The notes beneath the pieces were generated by a model. It saw only the letters and a list, made by a program, of their open reading frames with translations. It was not told the DNA's origin and made no database searches. Below, in pieces: positions 9,622 to 19,478 of a stretch of DNA of 64,000 nucleotides. Origin of the DNA: Candidatus Anstonellales archaeon (lineage in GTDB: Archaea; Micrarchaeota; Micrarchaeia; Anstonellales; J096); NCBI GenBank assembly GCA_038890745.1, contig JAWAFD010000004.1, positions 65,633-129,632 of the forward strand, read 5' to 3'. The position numbers and the translations under genes were made by a program. Numbering within the stretch: position 1 is the first letter of the stretch; each line of letters begins with the position of its first letter.

Positions 9622-11100
9622 ATGGATTTTGACGATATCTCTGAGAAAATGCTATATTCAGTGGTTGCTCTGTATTTTCTCTTTGTTTTCTTTTATTTTG
9701 CCGCGTACACTCCTCAGAAAATTTTTGAATCATTCGTCGACCTGCCAGACACCGCCGCTTCAATCAAGGTATTCTCGGAATATGGGTTTTTTGGAAAGGT
9801 TCCATATTTTCTTGATGGTGAGTATTATCTTTTTGGCTCCATCCCTCCTTTTACTGCTGTTCTTGGTTCAATAGTAAATGTTATTGTAAATGATTACATA
9901 CTCTCAGCAGCATTACTTTCTCTTACTGCCAACGTGGCGCTTTTTTATATTCTTAATTTCGTAATACTCAAAAATCAACCGACGTTTTACAAGGTTGCAT
10001 TATCAATTTTTCTCCTTGCCGACTATGTTCTTGGTACTCTTTTTCCATTTGGTTGGAGGATAAGACAAACTTGGGCGATTGTTTTCGCACTCTTAGCGTA
10101 TATCAAAAGCGATAGCAAGCCCTTACTTTTTATTTTTTCATTCCTTTCTTTTATCTCCCAAACTCTTGTTGGCTCTATCTTTTTTTTCCTCCTCTCTTTT
10201 AAATTCTTACTTGAAAGAGATGACATCAAAAAGATTCTAACCCTCCTTCTTTCTCTTATGCTCTCTTTATTATTCGTTTGGAAGTTAATAACTCTGTCCC
10301 CATTGCCACCGAAGTATATTGGTTGTTCTAATGATTCCACCGCATTTATATTTTATTATTTTATTTTTTTCCTACTTTTTTTACCGTTCTACATAATTAT
10401 TAAAAAAGCGAATCTATATGAAAAATTAGGGATGTTGCTTTTTTCATTTCCTGCTCTCTCATGGTTTTTATATAACTATTCATCAGATCTTTGGTATACA
10501 TTCTTTTCAGCAATTCCTTTTTCTTTTGACCTCATCTGTGCCATATTCTCTCCTTCGCTATTTTTCTTTGTTGTTTCATTCTTCAGCAGAGAAATTCTTC
10601 CAGATCCATACAAAAAAATTTTTGCATTCTCCGCATATCTCGTTCTTATGACCTCTCTTTCACAATACAATGTTGAAGGCTATGGAGCACCAGTTTTCTT
10701 TGAAGGAAAACATGCGGCAACATACGCAGTTGCAATAACTGGCGAACCTTCGCTTATATTTGATGTCGAACCTCTTATGAAATACTCTTCTCTATCATTC
10801 TTGAGAAATGAAGATATGTATTTTGCTGAATCTCCTATATCTACTCAGCTTAGTAAAGGAGAATACTTTTTTAATTTATCCAAATTTACCAAATGCTTAT
10901 GGGTGGGGGATGAGCCTTGCATTCCACCCGGCGACCAAGATTTGTATATTTTGTACTACTATAACACAGTAAAAGGGCGTACAGCGCGATCAAATTTAAG
11001 CGATGCGTATATCATTGACAGAGTGCTGAACAACGCAGCCAAGAACAACTTAACCGCTTACAACATTTCAAAACTAATCATTATTCAGAGAAATCCCTAA
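9622..11100 (+). CDS. Polytopic membrane protein, possibly GT-C-fold glycosyltransferase-like
   Basis: Many hydrophobic segments; acidic loop DLPD..PYFLDG..PPF after helix 1; soluble C-terminus; start ATG 9622 downstream of TTTTAAAT. Confidence 0.5.
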   Translation: MDFDDISEKMLYSVVALYFLFVFFYFAAYTPQKIFESFVDLPDTAASIKVFSEYGFFGKVPYFLDGEYYLFGSIPPFTAVLGSIVNVIVNDYILSAALLSLTANVALFYILNFVILKNQPTFYKVALSIFLLADYVLGTLFPFGWRIRQTWAIVFALLAYIKSDSKPLLFIFSFLSFISQTLVGSIFFFLLSFKFLLERDDIKKILTLLLSLMLSLLFVWKLITLSPLPPKYIGCSNDSTAFIFYYFIFFLLFLPFYIIIKKANLYEKLGMLLFSFPALSWFLYNYSSDLWYTFFSAIPFSFDLICAIFSPSLFFFVVSFFSREILPDPYKKIFAFSAYLVLMTSLSQYNVEGYGAPVFFEGKHAATYAVAITGEPSLIFDVEPLMKYSSLSFLRNEDMYFAESPISTQLSKGEYFFNLSKFTKCLWVGDEPCIPPGDQDLYILYYYNTVKGRTARSNLSDAYIIDRVLNNAAKNNLTAYNISKLIIIQRNP

Positions 11101-12293
11101 ACAACCTCCCCCCAGCCGGCAAGCCTCCATCTCTGCCCAATCCTTCTGCTCAGCGCTGCCTTATTTCCTTTCTCAAAAACCATGGGTCTTTTCAGTTTTA
11201 TCGTTGCTATTCCTTTTCCCAATTTTGCTATCACACCCACATCGGTTGCGGTATAGACATTCACAACAATCGGCTCACCTTCTTTAAGAGGAGGATTTTC
11301 AATATCCTTTCTATCTAGTAAATTATACCTTATCTCTATTACATTTCTTGGAGCAGGGGTTTTTCCAGGAAGGGAGAGTATGCTTCCAGCGAGCTGGTCT
11401 GATTTTGTGAGAGAAGGATCCAGGTCTGTTCCTATCGCTACAAGACCACCAGGCCGTGCCTCGTTTATTTCCTTATTCTCTACCATCAATTTCTCAACCC
11501 TGAATCTGATTTGTTTTTGCGTTCCGTTTCTTTCTATCCCCGGAGAGATTTCTAACTCATCCCCAATTTTTATTTTTCCGCGCACGAGCGAGCCACCTAA
11601 AACCCCACCCTTTAGCTCAGGTATGGGTGTTCCGGGTTTGTTGACATCAAAAGAGCGGGAAACGAGCATGAGCGGGGGTGCGTTCTCCTCCCTTTTCGGC
11701 GTCGGAATATATTTCTCTATCGCCTCAAGAACCTTTTCAACATTAACTCCTGAAATTGCAGCAACGGGTATGATGGGCGCATTTTCAGCCACAGAACCTT
11801 TTAGAAAATTCTTTATCTCCTTGTAATGCTCAATCGCCCGCTCCTTGCTCACAAGGTCTATCTTTGTCTGCACTACGATTATGTTTCTTATGCCGAGAAT
11901 ATTTAGGATCATGAGATGCTCTTCGGTCTGTGGCTGAGGGCATGGCTCGTTTGCTGCGATTAGAAGAAGGGCCCCATCTATTATGCTTGAAGCCGCGATC
12001 GCAGTTGTCATAAGCGATTCATGACCAGGAGAGTCTACAAAGGAAACCCATCTTTTTAATTCTGTTTTTCCACCACATTTTAAGCATTTTTCTTTTGTTC
12101 CATAAAGTTTGCATTTTGAGCAAAAATATATCTTTGCGTCAGCGTACCCCAATCTTATGCTTATTCCCCTTTTTATTTCCTCGCTATGAGTGTCTGTCCA
12201 TTTTCCGGTTATCGCTTTTGTGAGCGTTGTTTTACCATGATCAACATGCCCAAGCAATCCGATGTTTACTACCGGCTGGCTAAATTCAATCAT
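11097..12293 (-). CDS. eif2g: Translation initiation factor 2 gamma subunit
   Basis: GHVDHGKTT, RGISIRLGY, DSPGH, QTKID, CxxC pairs, RWRLAGWG. Confidence 0.97.
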   Translation of the reverse strand: MIEFSQPVVNIGLLGHVDHGKTTLTKAITGKWTDTHSEEIKRGISIRLGYADAKIYFCSKCKLYGTKEKCLKCGGKTELKRWVSFVDSPGHESLMTTAIAASSIIDGALLLIAANEPCPQPQTEEHLMILNILGIRNIIVVQTKIDLVSKERAIEHYKEIKNFLKGSVAENAPIIPVAAISGVNVEKVLEAIEKYIPTPKREENAPPLMLVSRSFDVNKPGTPIPELKGGVLGGSLVRGKIKIGDELEISPGIERNGTQKQIRFRVEKLMVENKEINEARPGGLVAIGTDLDPSLTKSDQLAGSILSLPGKTPAPRNVIEIRYNLLDRKDIENPPLKEGEPIVVNVYTATDVGVIAKLGKGIATIKLKRPMVFEKGNKAALSRRIGQRWRLAGWGEVV

Positions 12294-12682
12294 TTTTCAC
12301 CTTCCTTTTTTTCTTTTTTGCCAAGAATTTCTTCTAGCGGTATGCTTCCCTGTTCAACAACCTGCGCATTTACCTGAACAGTTTCTGTAGAAAACACGGC
12401 CCCTCGTACTGTTTTTCTTCTTCTTTCACCCTTTCTCTTTGGCCTTAAGCCAGGCCTATCAGCAATAAAGACCTTGGTCTTTCTCTGCCCGCTCACATCC
12501 CCCCTCATGGGTATTCCTGATGAATCGCTGCCTCCACTCAGTTTAAGCTTGTATCCAGGTAGTCCAAAGTCATTTCCGTCCACTACCTCGCCAATTCTTT
12601 TTCCAACTATCAGCATCTCCTTTTCTTTCGGTATTTCCAAAGTGTATGTTTTGCCCTCCTTTGTGCCTATGTTCATTTTCAT
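12290..12682 (-). CDS. rps6e: 30S ribosomal protein S6e
   Basis: GGSDSSGIPM, GERRRKTVRG; typical position upstream of eif2g. Confidence 0.95.
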   Translation of the reverse strand: MKMNIGTKEGKTYTLEIPKEKEMLIVGKRIGEVVDGNDFGLPGYKLKLSGGSDSSGIPMRGDVSGQRKTKVFIADRPGLRPKRKGERRRKTVRGAVFSTETVQVNAQVVEQGSIPLEEILGKKEKKEGEK

Positions 12683-12752
12683 ATGCTCACCGGAGCTACC
12701 CTTAGAGAGAATGTTTTTTTAAACATTCCCTTCCATAACCATGCGTGATAGC

Positions 12753-13175
12753 ATGGGGATATTAGAAAATGTTAAACATGTTTTTGGGAAGAAGGAAAAA
12801 AAAGAAGAGCAGGGTGCTGTGAGGATGAGGGCTAAGTTTGTTCCTTTGCATGCTTTCAAGCACAGGGATGAGAAGATTAGTTTGATAGTAAGCGTTAGCA
12901 ATGAAACACCATCTGAAAAGCTTGTTTCACTCGAGGTTTTCATAGACCCAAAGGCGTTTTTAGGATTTAACTCAATATGCACTCATAAAAATGCTGAAAA
13001 AAAGCTTGGTATGCTTAAGCCAGGAGAAACGAGAGAGGAGCATTTTACAATATACAGCACAAGCCAGACACCAGCAGGGGAGTATGATGTACGCGTTAAT
13101 GCAAACATCCATTATCTTGACTATGACAAAATAGAGAGCCAGATAAAAAAATCACTCAAACTTAAGGTTGTTTAG
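12753..13175 (+). CDS. Hypothetical protein (beta-sandwich/Ig-like pattern)
   Basis: ORF with LKPGE..TPAGEYDVRV pattern; fills the gap between genes. Confidence 0.6.
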   Translation: MGILENVKHVFGKKEKKEEQGAVRMRAKFVPLHAFKHRDEKISLIVSVSNETPSEKLVSLEVFIDPKAFLGFNSICTHKNAEKKLGMLKPGETREEHFTIYSTSQTPAGEYDVRVNANIHYLDYDKIESQIKKSLKLKVV

Positions 13176-13440
13176 GCGGGGCGGGAGGAGATACCTGCTT
13201 CTCTTTCTTTATTATTTCATCTATTAGCTTTACAACCTCCATTCCTGTTTCTGTAAGCTTTGCGATTCTTTTCTTTCCTTTTGATTCTATCTTAACAAGC
13301 CCTTTGCTCTCGAGCAGATGCACAAGACCAGTTACATAAACATAGGTCGTACCCGTTTGTTTTGCTATCTGGGAGAGATAGAGCTCGCTGTCCTTCATTG
13401 CAAGGAGTACCCTTGAAGGTTTGTCCTTTATAAATAACAT
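13162..13440 (-). CDS. Winged helix-turn-helix DNA-binding protein
   Basis: LSQIAKQTGTTYVYVTGLVHLLESKGLV..KLTETG. Confidence 0.75.
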   Translation of the reverse strand: MLFIKDKPSRVLLAMKDSELYLSQIAKQTGTTYVYVTGLVHLLESKGLVKIESKGKKRIAKLTETGMEVVKLIDEIIKKEKQVSPPAPPKQP

Positions 13441-14897
13441 TTTTCCACCTTTTTTATCTTCGGGAACCATCTTTCGAGCAGGAGAAGAATTATGATTCTT
13501 TTGTTTTTTTTCGCATTCTTCTTTCCATCTTTACTTTTTTTTCCTAAAACTCCGGTTAAGCTTCCAACCATTTTTACTAGATTTGCCTTTATCTGCTCGG
13601 TATGTTTCTTCACTCTAATTACGAATTGAAAATAAATCTTTGTTTTTGTTTCCCTAACCCTATCCTTAATAATTTTAATTTTATTATCTATATTGGCGAT
13701 CATACTTCTTATTCTTATCATTTTTATTTTTTCTTTAAGCGCCTCGGCTTTCATCCCAATCTTATTTTTAATTTTCCCTATCCTTTCAATCAAATTCTGA
13801 AAAGAAATTTTTATTTTTTTTGTTAGGTATTCGGGTGGTTGTTTTTTTAGGATATCTCTCTGGGCGGGTACTATCCTACATTCATAGTTTTCCTGAATTT
13901 TTTGTTTATTCTCTTTTTCCAGGATTCGTTTGGTAGTGGTTTCTTTTTTTTCTTCTTTCTTTATGTTTTCTATATCTTTTGATTTTGTATAATCAAACAA
14001 AACATATCTACTCAATTCTTGAGTAGGCGGGTAGATTAAAACTTTTGGCTTGATGAAAGTTGGATTTTTTTGGTTTGGTTCTGGGTTCTCTAATTTTATG
14101 TTCTCTGGGGGAGTCATGAATTCAGCGGGTTTTGGTAAGTTCTGTTCTTTGTTTTCTAACTGGGTTCCGCATCCTTGCCAAGGAGTATGTTTGTAATATT
14201 TTGTACTCTCCAACTTTGGAGTAATTCTGCGCATTTCTTCTTTCATCAAAGCAGTATAAAAGAAAGAATGAGAGGGGGGATTTAAAATGTAACTATAGTT
14301 ACAATGGACCTGCCCCCCATCCATCCCAGTTATTAATTTTTCCCATCCCAAAACAGTTTTTCTTTTTGTTGTTTCCTGATAAAATCTTACCCCAGAATCG
14401 TTGAATACTAAAAATCTGTCAAATACCATCTCGCTGATTTCAAAAGAAACCGGAGCATTTGGGCAGGAATAGCTTACATTCTTTATCATCTGGATATCAT
14501 ACTGAGAAAAATCCTGTTTATACTTATCAACCTTTTCTTCATCCTTAAAAGTTATCTCGCTTATGCTCGCTGCTCTTATGTTGTCTATACTTAAAAAAAC
14601 AGGTTCGTTGTTAACTACTACGCAAGGCAACCCATCCCCTATGTAAAACTGAATCCACTGCTCTCCCTCTCCATTCCTTTCCCCGTAAGCTATCCTCTCA
14701 ACTATCACATCCTTGTTTTTTGTTATTTCTCTTATATCTATGCTTTTTACGTATCTTCCGATGTTTGTTTCCACAACATTGAACCCGCTGATCCGTTTTA
14801 CAAGCTCCCCTAATGTTTCGTTCTCATTTGCCCTTACCTTAATCGTTGCTTTTGACCCATCGCATATCTGAACATTTAGCTTTATCCATTTAGGCAT
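13428..14897 (-). CDS. Hypothetical protein, Lys-rich C-terminus
   Basis: Long ORF; start set to ATG 14897 because the upstream extension runs through a tRNA gene. Confidence 0.6.
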   Translation of the reverse strand: MPKWIKLNVQICDGSKATIKVRANENETLGELVKRISGFNVVETNIGRYVKSIDIREITKNKDVIVERIAYGERNGEGEQWIQFYIGDGLPCVVVNNEPVFLSIDNIRAASISEITFKDEEKVDKYKQDFSQYDIQMIKNVSYSCPNAPVSFEISEMVFDRFLVFNDSGVRFYQETTKRKTVLGWEKLITGMDGGQVHCNYSYILNPPSHSFFYTALMKEEMRRITPKLESTKYYKHTPWQGCGTQLENKEQNLPKPAEFMTPPENIKLENPEPNQKNPTFIKPKVLIYPPTQELSRYVLFDYTKSKDIENIKKEEKKETTTKRILEKENKQKIQENYECRIVPAQRDILKKQPPEYLTKKIKISFQNLIERIGKIKNKIGMKAEALKEKIKMIRIRSMIANIDNKIKIIKDRVRETKTKIYFQFVIRVKKHTEQIKANLVKMVGSLTGVLGKKSKDGKKNAKKNKRIIILLLLERWFPKIKKVEKCYL

Positions 14898-14928
14898 GCT
14901 ACCAACCGCATCAAGTCCTTTGGAGTAT

Positions 14929-15024
14929 CGGGCCTGGCGAGATTTGAACTCGCGACCTATGGATCTCCTTGCTTTTAAGGAGGCGTAAAAGTCCACCGCT
15001 CTGGCCAGGCTGAGCTACAGGCCC
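14929..15024 (-). tRNA. tRNA-Lys(TTT) with 21-nt intron at canonical 37/38 (intron 14965-14985)
   Basis: GGGCCTG/CAGGCCC acceptor, GTGGA-CTTTTA^A-TCCAT anticodon arm, TTCAAAT loop; BHB helix CTTT/AAGG with 3-nt bulges. Confidence 0.92.
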
Positions 15025-15079
15025 TGCAGTTTTTTTTCTTGGTAATGTTTTTTAAACATAACCAGAGATTAGGCATGTG

Positions 15080-16345
15080 ATGGATGTAAAAAGTTTTAAG
15101 AACGAGGTTGTCGGCGCCTTTACAACCTTTCTCGCCATTTCCTATGTTATCATAGTTGTTCCAAGGATACTCTCTGATGCAGGCATTCCTTTTTCTGATG
15201 CGCTCGCTGCAACAGCGATAGCAAGTGGTGTTGCGACAATAATAATGGGGATGATTGCAAACAGGCCGTTTGCGGTTGCTCCGAGCATAGCCCTCGCCGG
15301 CTTTTTCACCTATACTGTTGTAATTGGGCTTGGGGTTTCTTGGCAGATTGCGCTCGCTGCAGTTTTTTTTGAGGGTATTCTTTTCTTTGGCCTTTCTATT
15401 TCAAGGATAAGGAGCTGGTTCGGAGTCGGAATTCCATACAATCTAAAATACTCTATGATAGCCGGAGTAGGCCTTTTCCTCGCATTTCTTGGTATGAGAG
15501 AAGGTGGGATAGTAGTTCCTGATGAGAACATGTTTGTAAGAATGGGGAGTTTGTTTGCCCCTGCCCCGGTGATTACAATAATGGGATTTTTCATAATGGC
15601 AATCCTTCTTCTGAAAAAGGTCCGGGGGTCTCTTCTTTTTGGGATAGTTTTTACAACTATAATAGCAGTTTCCGCAGGTCTTTCCTCCCTCCCAACAGAA
15701 ATATTCTCTGTCCCCTCACAGCCCTCAACTTTTTTTGCGCTTGATATCCATGGGTTGATGAATGCCTCCATCCTCTCCATAGTTCTTGCATTCTTTATGG
15801 TTGATTTTTTCGATACGCTTGGCGCTTCAACCGCCCTCCTTGTAAAGATTGGAGATGTAAACGAAAAAGGGCATATAAAAGGGCTTGACAAGGTGATGAT
15901 AGCGGATTCTATCGGGACGACACTGGGAAGCGTGATAGGGGTTCCTGCCCAGATTGTTTATCTGGAAAGCGCAGCAGGAGTACATGAAGGGGCGAAAACA
16001 GGGGTTGCGGCATTCATAATAGGCATTCTTCTCATCCTCTGTATGTTCTTCTATCCGCTCATAGAAAAAATACCCATGGCTGCAATAGCACCCGCTCTAA
16101 TAATTGTTGGGCTTTTGCTCGCTACAAACATAAGGCATGTTGATTTCAGCGAATTTACAGAGGCCCTTCCATCCCTTCTCATGCTTTCAGCAATTCCCCT
16201 TACATTCTCCATAAGCCATGGGATTGGTATTGCGTCCATTGTTTATGTTGTTGTGAAGCTCTGCGCAGGCAAGTACAAGGATGTCCATCCTGCCATGTAT
16301 GCAATAGCCACCCTTTTTTTCCTTGACTATCTCCAAGTATTTTAG
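15080..16345 (+). CDS. NCS2/AzgA-type nucleobase permease
   Basis: EVVGAFTTF, DFFDTLG, YLESAAG..GAKTG, PLTFSISHG. Confidence 0.9.
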   Translation: MDVKSFKNEVVGAFTTFLAISYVIIVVPRILSDAGIPFSDALAATAIASGVATIIMGMIANRPFAVAPSIALAGFFTYTVVIGLGVSWQIALAAVFFEGILFFGLSISRIRSWFGVGIPYNLKYSMIAGVGLFLAFLGMREGGIVVPDENMFVRMGSLFAPAPVITIMGFFIMAILLLKKVRGSLLFGIVFTTIIAVSAGLSSLPTEIFSVPSQPSTFFALDIHGLMNASILSIVLAFFMVDFFDTLGASTALLVKIGDVNEKGHIKGLDKVMIADSIGTTLGSVIGVPAQIVYLESAAGVHEGAKTGVAAFIIGILLILCMFFYPLIEKIPMAAIAPALIIVGLLLATNIRHVDFSEFTEALPSLLMLSAIPLTFSISHGIGIASIVYVVVKLCAGKYKDVHPAMYAIATLFFLDYLQVF

Positions 16346-16353
16346 GTGATGGC

Positions 16354-17142
16354 ATGAGTATTCTCGTTCAGCTTTCAGATGCTCTCAAAAAAAGTATAGA
16401 GGAAAATTGCGAGGAAAATACCGCGGTTGCTTTTTCCGGTGGGGTTGATAGCACAACCATCGCAGCGGTTGCAAAAAAAGTTTGCAATGTTTTTCTTCAT
16501 TCAGTTGGGACTGAGAAAAGCCAGGATTTGGCGTACGCAGAGAACGTTGCTAAAAAACTCTCCCTCCCTCTACAAAAGCACGTTCTTGATGAAAAAGAAA
16601 TACTATCCCTTTATGAAAAGGTTTATTCCGTTGTTCCTTTTAATGCATTCAAAATAGACATTCTTATCCCAGCCTACAAAGTTATTGAATCTTCGAAAGA
16701 GGATGTTATTCTTTTTGGCTCAGGAAGCGAAGAGCTTTTTGTTGGGTATGATAAATATTATAGGTTTCTGGATGAGGGGAAGGATCTGGATTCCATCCTC
16801 CGCAAAGATTTTGAGAACCTTAACGAAAAGGGAGGGGATATCTGGGCAATAAAGCAGATTGCAAAAAAACTTAAGAAAAAGGTTGCATTTCCTTTCTACA
16901 ACAAGAAGATTGCAGATATTGTTTTTTCCATTCCGATTAAAGAAAGGGCAGAAGACAGGGAGCTTAAAAAAGGGATTTTGCGAGAGGCAGCGGCGCTTTT
17001 GAAGGTTCCGAAAGAGGCGCTTTTGAGAAGGAAAAAATCCATGCAGTATGGAAGCGGGGTGCACAAGATAGTTGAAAAACATAAAAAAGAGCTTGAAGAA
17101 AAGTTTCCGCAGAAATTATTTTTTAATCTACCTTCTCAATAA
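16354..17142 (+). CDS. Asparagine synthase C-terminal-domain (PP-loop) protein
   Basis: AFSGGVDS, GSGSEELFVGY, KGILRE, RRKKSMQYGSG; no glutaminase domain. Confidence 0.8.
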   Translation: MSILVQLSDALKKSIEENCEENTAVAFSGGVDSTTIAAVAKKVCNVFLHSVGTEKSQDLAYAENVAKKLSLPLQKHVLDEKEILSLYEKVYSVVPFNAFKIDILIPAYKVIESSKEDVILFGSGSEELFVGYDKYYRFLDEGKDLDSILRKDFENLNEKGGDIWAIKQIAKKLKKKVAFPFYNKKIADIVFSIPIKERAEDRELKKGILREAAALLKVPKEALLRRKKSMQYGSGVHKIVEKHKKELEEKFPQKLFFNLPSQ

Positions 17143-19389
17143 AGGCAACTCTCTTCTCACACTCTCCCTAAACTGCTCCTCCCACTCTTTCTGCGCCCTT
17201 CCAAAATCCACCCCTCCTCCTTCCTCCTCCAAACTAACCATTATCTTATTTGCTAACGTGTTCGCTTTCAAAACAAAATCAAGCCCCATGATTTCATTAA
17301 CCCCGCTTTCAACGCTTGCCCTGTAGATATCATAGTAAACTTTTCCCTTATAGAATGCCTGGAGAATGTATTGTTCAGGTGGGATACCGGTTTCCTCGCT
17401 CCTTCTTTTTAAAGCAGGAGGAACGCTTTCTATGTCCAACTCCTTTTCTAGCTTTCCAATATCAATGTTTGAAAAATCATTTGAGTTTGCTTCAGGATTT
17501 TTTATGAATTTTGCATCAACTTCTGAATTTTCAACGTTCGTCCCCCTCTTGTACTCAAAAACCTGTACAAACGCCTTATTCTCCCTATCTGCCTCAAACT
17601 CATACCCGAGCACCCTGTATATCCTTCCTTTCCTCCCGAACCTAATCTTCTTCAAAAACGTGTACCTATCTGTTGCAAACATGCTTGCAGATGGGATTCC
17701 AAAGACAAGCTCCAGCCTATCCCGTACATCCTCCAAGCTTTCTGCGTGAAGGTTGTAGAGTAGGAACACTCCGGGTTGGGTGTTTAACAGGTTGATTACC
17801 CCCTGCACAGCAACCCTGCTCCTTATTTCGTTTATTATTAAGGCAGCATCACCCATCCTCAGCAAGGCATTTGCCATGCTGACAAGGTCAAGCTCTTTTC
17901 CCGTTGGTACCTCCTTTTCAGAGCTCTGAACCTTTGCAGCACCTATATGAAAACCTCTTTTCCTAAAAGCCCTTACCGGGATCTCCTGTATATCCTGAAT
18001 TGGTATGATTCTTTTGTTCGGCCCTATCGCAGTTATTTTCGCAGCAGTAAAAGCAGTTTTTCCGCTTCCTTTAAGACCAAGGACTGCCTCGCTGCAACCA
18101 AGCGTAACCATAACATCATCATACCCGCAGAAAAATGGGGAGAAGGATTTTAGGTAGAGATACTGAGGATATGTAAATGGCTCTTCCTGCATTATTCTAA
18201 GCGCTCCCTGAAATTCTCCGAATGTTGCCGGAGGCCTTGTAAGGTGGCACCTCATGCTATGCCTTTTCACCACCACATCAGCAATAGGATTGTTCTCATC
18301 AAATTTTGTCCCCTTCTCAGCAAGTATCATGTTCCTGAAAGCGCGTTCAAGAAGTTCACGATTGTATCTAAAAAGGGTGTGAACAATACCGAATTTCCTA
18401 TGCTCCAAATATATAGGAGAGTTTTCGCTATCGATGTAGATATCCGTGATGTTTTCCCAATCAAGAGCGATGTTTTCTATCGGAGAGCCAAGACCAACAA
18501 CCCAGGATGCTGCCTCCCTTCCCATTATTAGCGCCTGCTCAGGGGTTATGTCTATTCCCTGCAAAAGAGCGCTCTCCATAAAAAATTGTTTGTACTCCCT
18601 GGCTTTAAGATCAAATATTATGTTGAAATCAGCGCCTGTGAAGTTCTCTTTCATCTGTTCATCTATAAGTTTTTTCAGCATTGTTTTAAGTTGAGGGGTG
18701 AGGGTTTCCATTATCGGGTTTCTCAATTGGTATATGTACATGTCCTTTTCAGGTATTTCATAGATCTGTACCTCATTTCCATATTCCAGTTTATATGATG
18801 CATCTTTTCCCTCAAGCTTCACCGCGTCTTTTGGGAGTTCAAGCGCAAGAAGATTCACAAAAAACAAACTTTGCAATCCGACAAGAGAAAGAAAAGCGCT
18901 TCTCAAATCCCCGGTTTTCTCTACTAATTTGTACAGCTGCGTTTCCTTGAACCTTCTCAAAATACCGTTTTTCCACGACAGAAATGTCTCATAGCTTTTC
19001 ATAAAAGCTGCGGTATCCGGGGTTGGCTCTTTGTATGCCTCCAGTTCCCTTGCAGCTATGAGTGGGTTCATGAAAGTATAATTATAAAATTTCCTTAGCG
19101 CCTCCACCCTTGGGTTATAGTGCGGGTCCTGTTTTATTCCGTATATATCCTTTCTCAGCATTAGCGCTTCTATTTGCGCAATAACCTTAGCGTACTCAAC
19201 AAGTATAGAGGTTGCCTCCTCACTCAGCTCAAAACTAACCTCCTCCTCGTACCTTATTCTGCTCAGAGGCTTTGTTTGCGTTGAAAGGTCTTTTAGATGG
19301 TAGTTGATGAATTCTGGAGAGGCAAATTCAAAAGGGCATTTAGCCAGGTCTACAAATCCGACCGTTCCCTCTACCCTTAGGTTGCACAT
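17128..19389 (-). CDS. Divergent type II/IV secretion ATPase (VirB11/TadA/FlaI superfamily)
   Basis: Walker A GLKGSGKT, Asp box IPIQDIQEI, Walker B LIINEIR, His box YNLHA. Confidence 0.75.
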   Translation of the reverse strand: MCNLRVEGTVGFVDLAKCPFEFASPEFINYHLKDLSTQTKPLSRIRYEEEVSFELSEEATSILVEYAKVIAQIEALMLRKDIYGIKQDPHYNPRVEALRKFYNYTFMNPLIAARELEAYKEPTPDTAAFMKSYETFLSWKNGILRRFKETQLYKLVEKTGDLRSAFLSLVGLQSLFFVNLLALELPKDAVKLEGKDASYKLEYGNEVQIYEIPEKDMYIYQLRNPIMETLTPQLKTMLKKLIDEQMKENFTGADFNIIFDLKAREYKQFFMESALLQGIDITPEQALIMGREAASWVVGLGSPIENIALDWENITDIYIDSENSPIYLEHRKFGIVHTLFRYNRELLERAFRNMILAEKGTKFDENNPIADVVVKRHSMRCHLTRPPATFGEFQGALRIMQEEPFTYPQYLYLKSFSPFFCGYDDVMVTLGCSEAVLGLKGSGKTAFTAAKITAIGPNKRIIPIQDIQEIPVRAFRKRGFHIGAAKVQSSEKEVPTGKELDLVSMANALLRMGDAALIINEIRSRVAVQGVINLLNTQPGVFLLYNLHAESLEDVRDRLELVFGIPSASMFATDRYTFLKKIRFGRKGRIYRVLGYEFEADRENKAFVQVFEYKRGTNVENSEVDAKFIKNPEANSNDFSNIDIGKLEKELDIESVPPALKRRSEETGIPPEQYILQAFYKGKVYYDIYRASVESGVNEIMGLDFVLKANTLANKIMVSLEEEGGGVDFGRAQKEWEEQFRESVRRELPLLRR

Positions 19390-19437
19390 AAGGAAGAATT
19401 TGTTCTATCGGTTTAAAAATCTTTCTGATTTTTAAAA

Positions 19438-19471
19438 AAATCGATTGATTTATAAAATGTTCGATTGAACA
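19438..19471. promoter_or_regulatory. TATA box (TTTATAAA, 19449-19456) flanked by two palindromic boxes
   Basis: AAATC-GATT-GATTT and TGTTC-GATT-GAACA, both containing TCGATTGA, just upstream of ATG 19479. Confidence 0.55.
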
Positions 19472-19478
19472 ATGAATT

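Noticed and set aside
14898..14996. N-terminal extension of the 522-aa ORF
   Set aside because: Runs through the tRNA-Lys(TTT) gene
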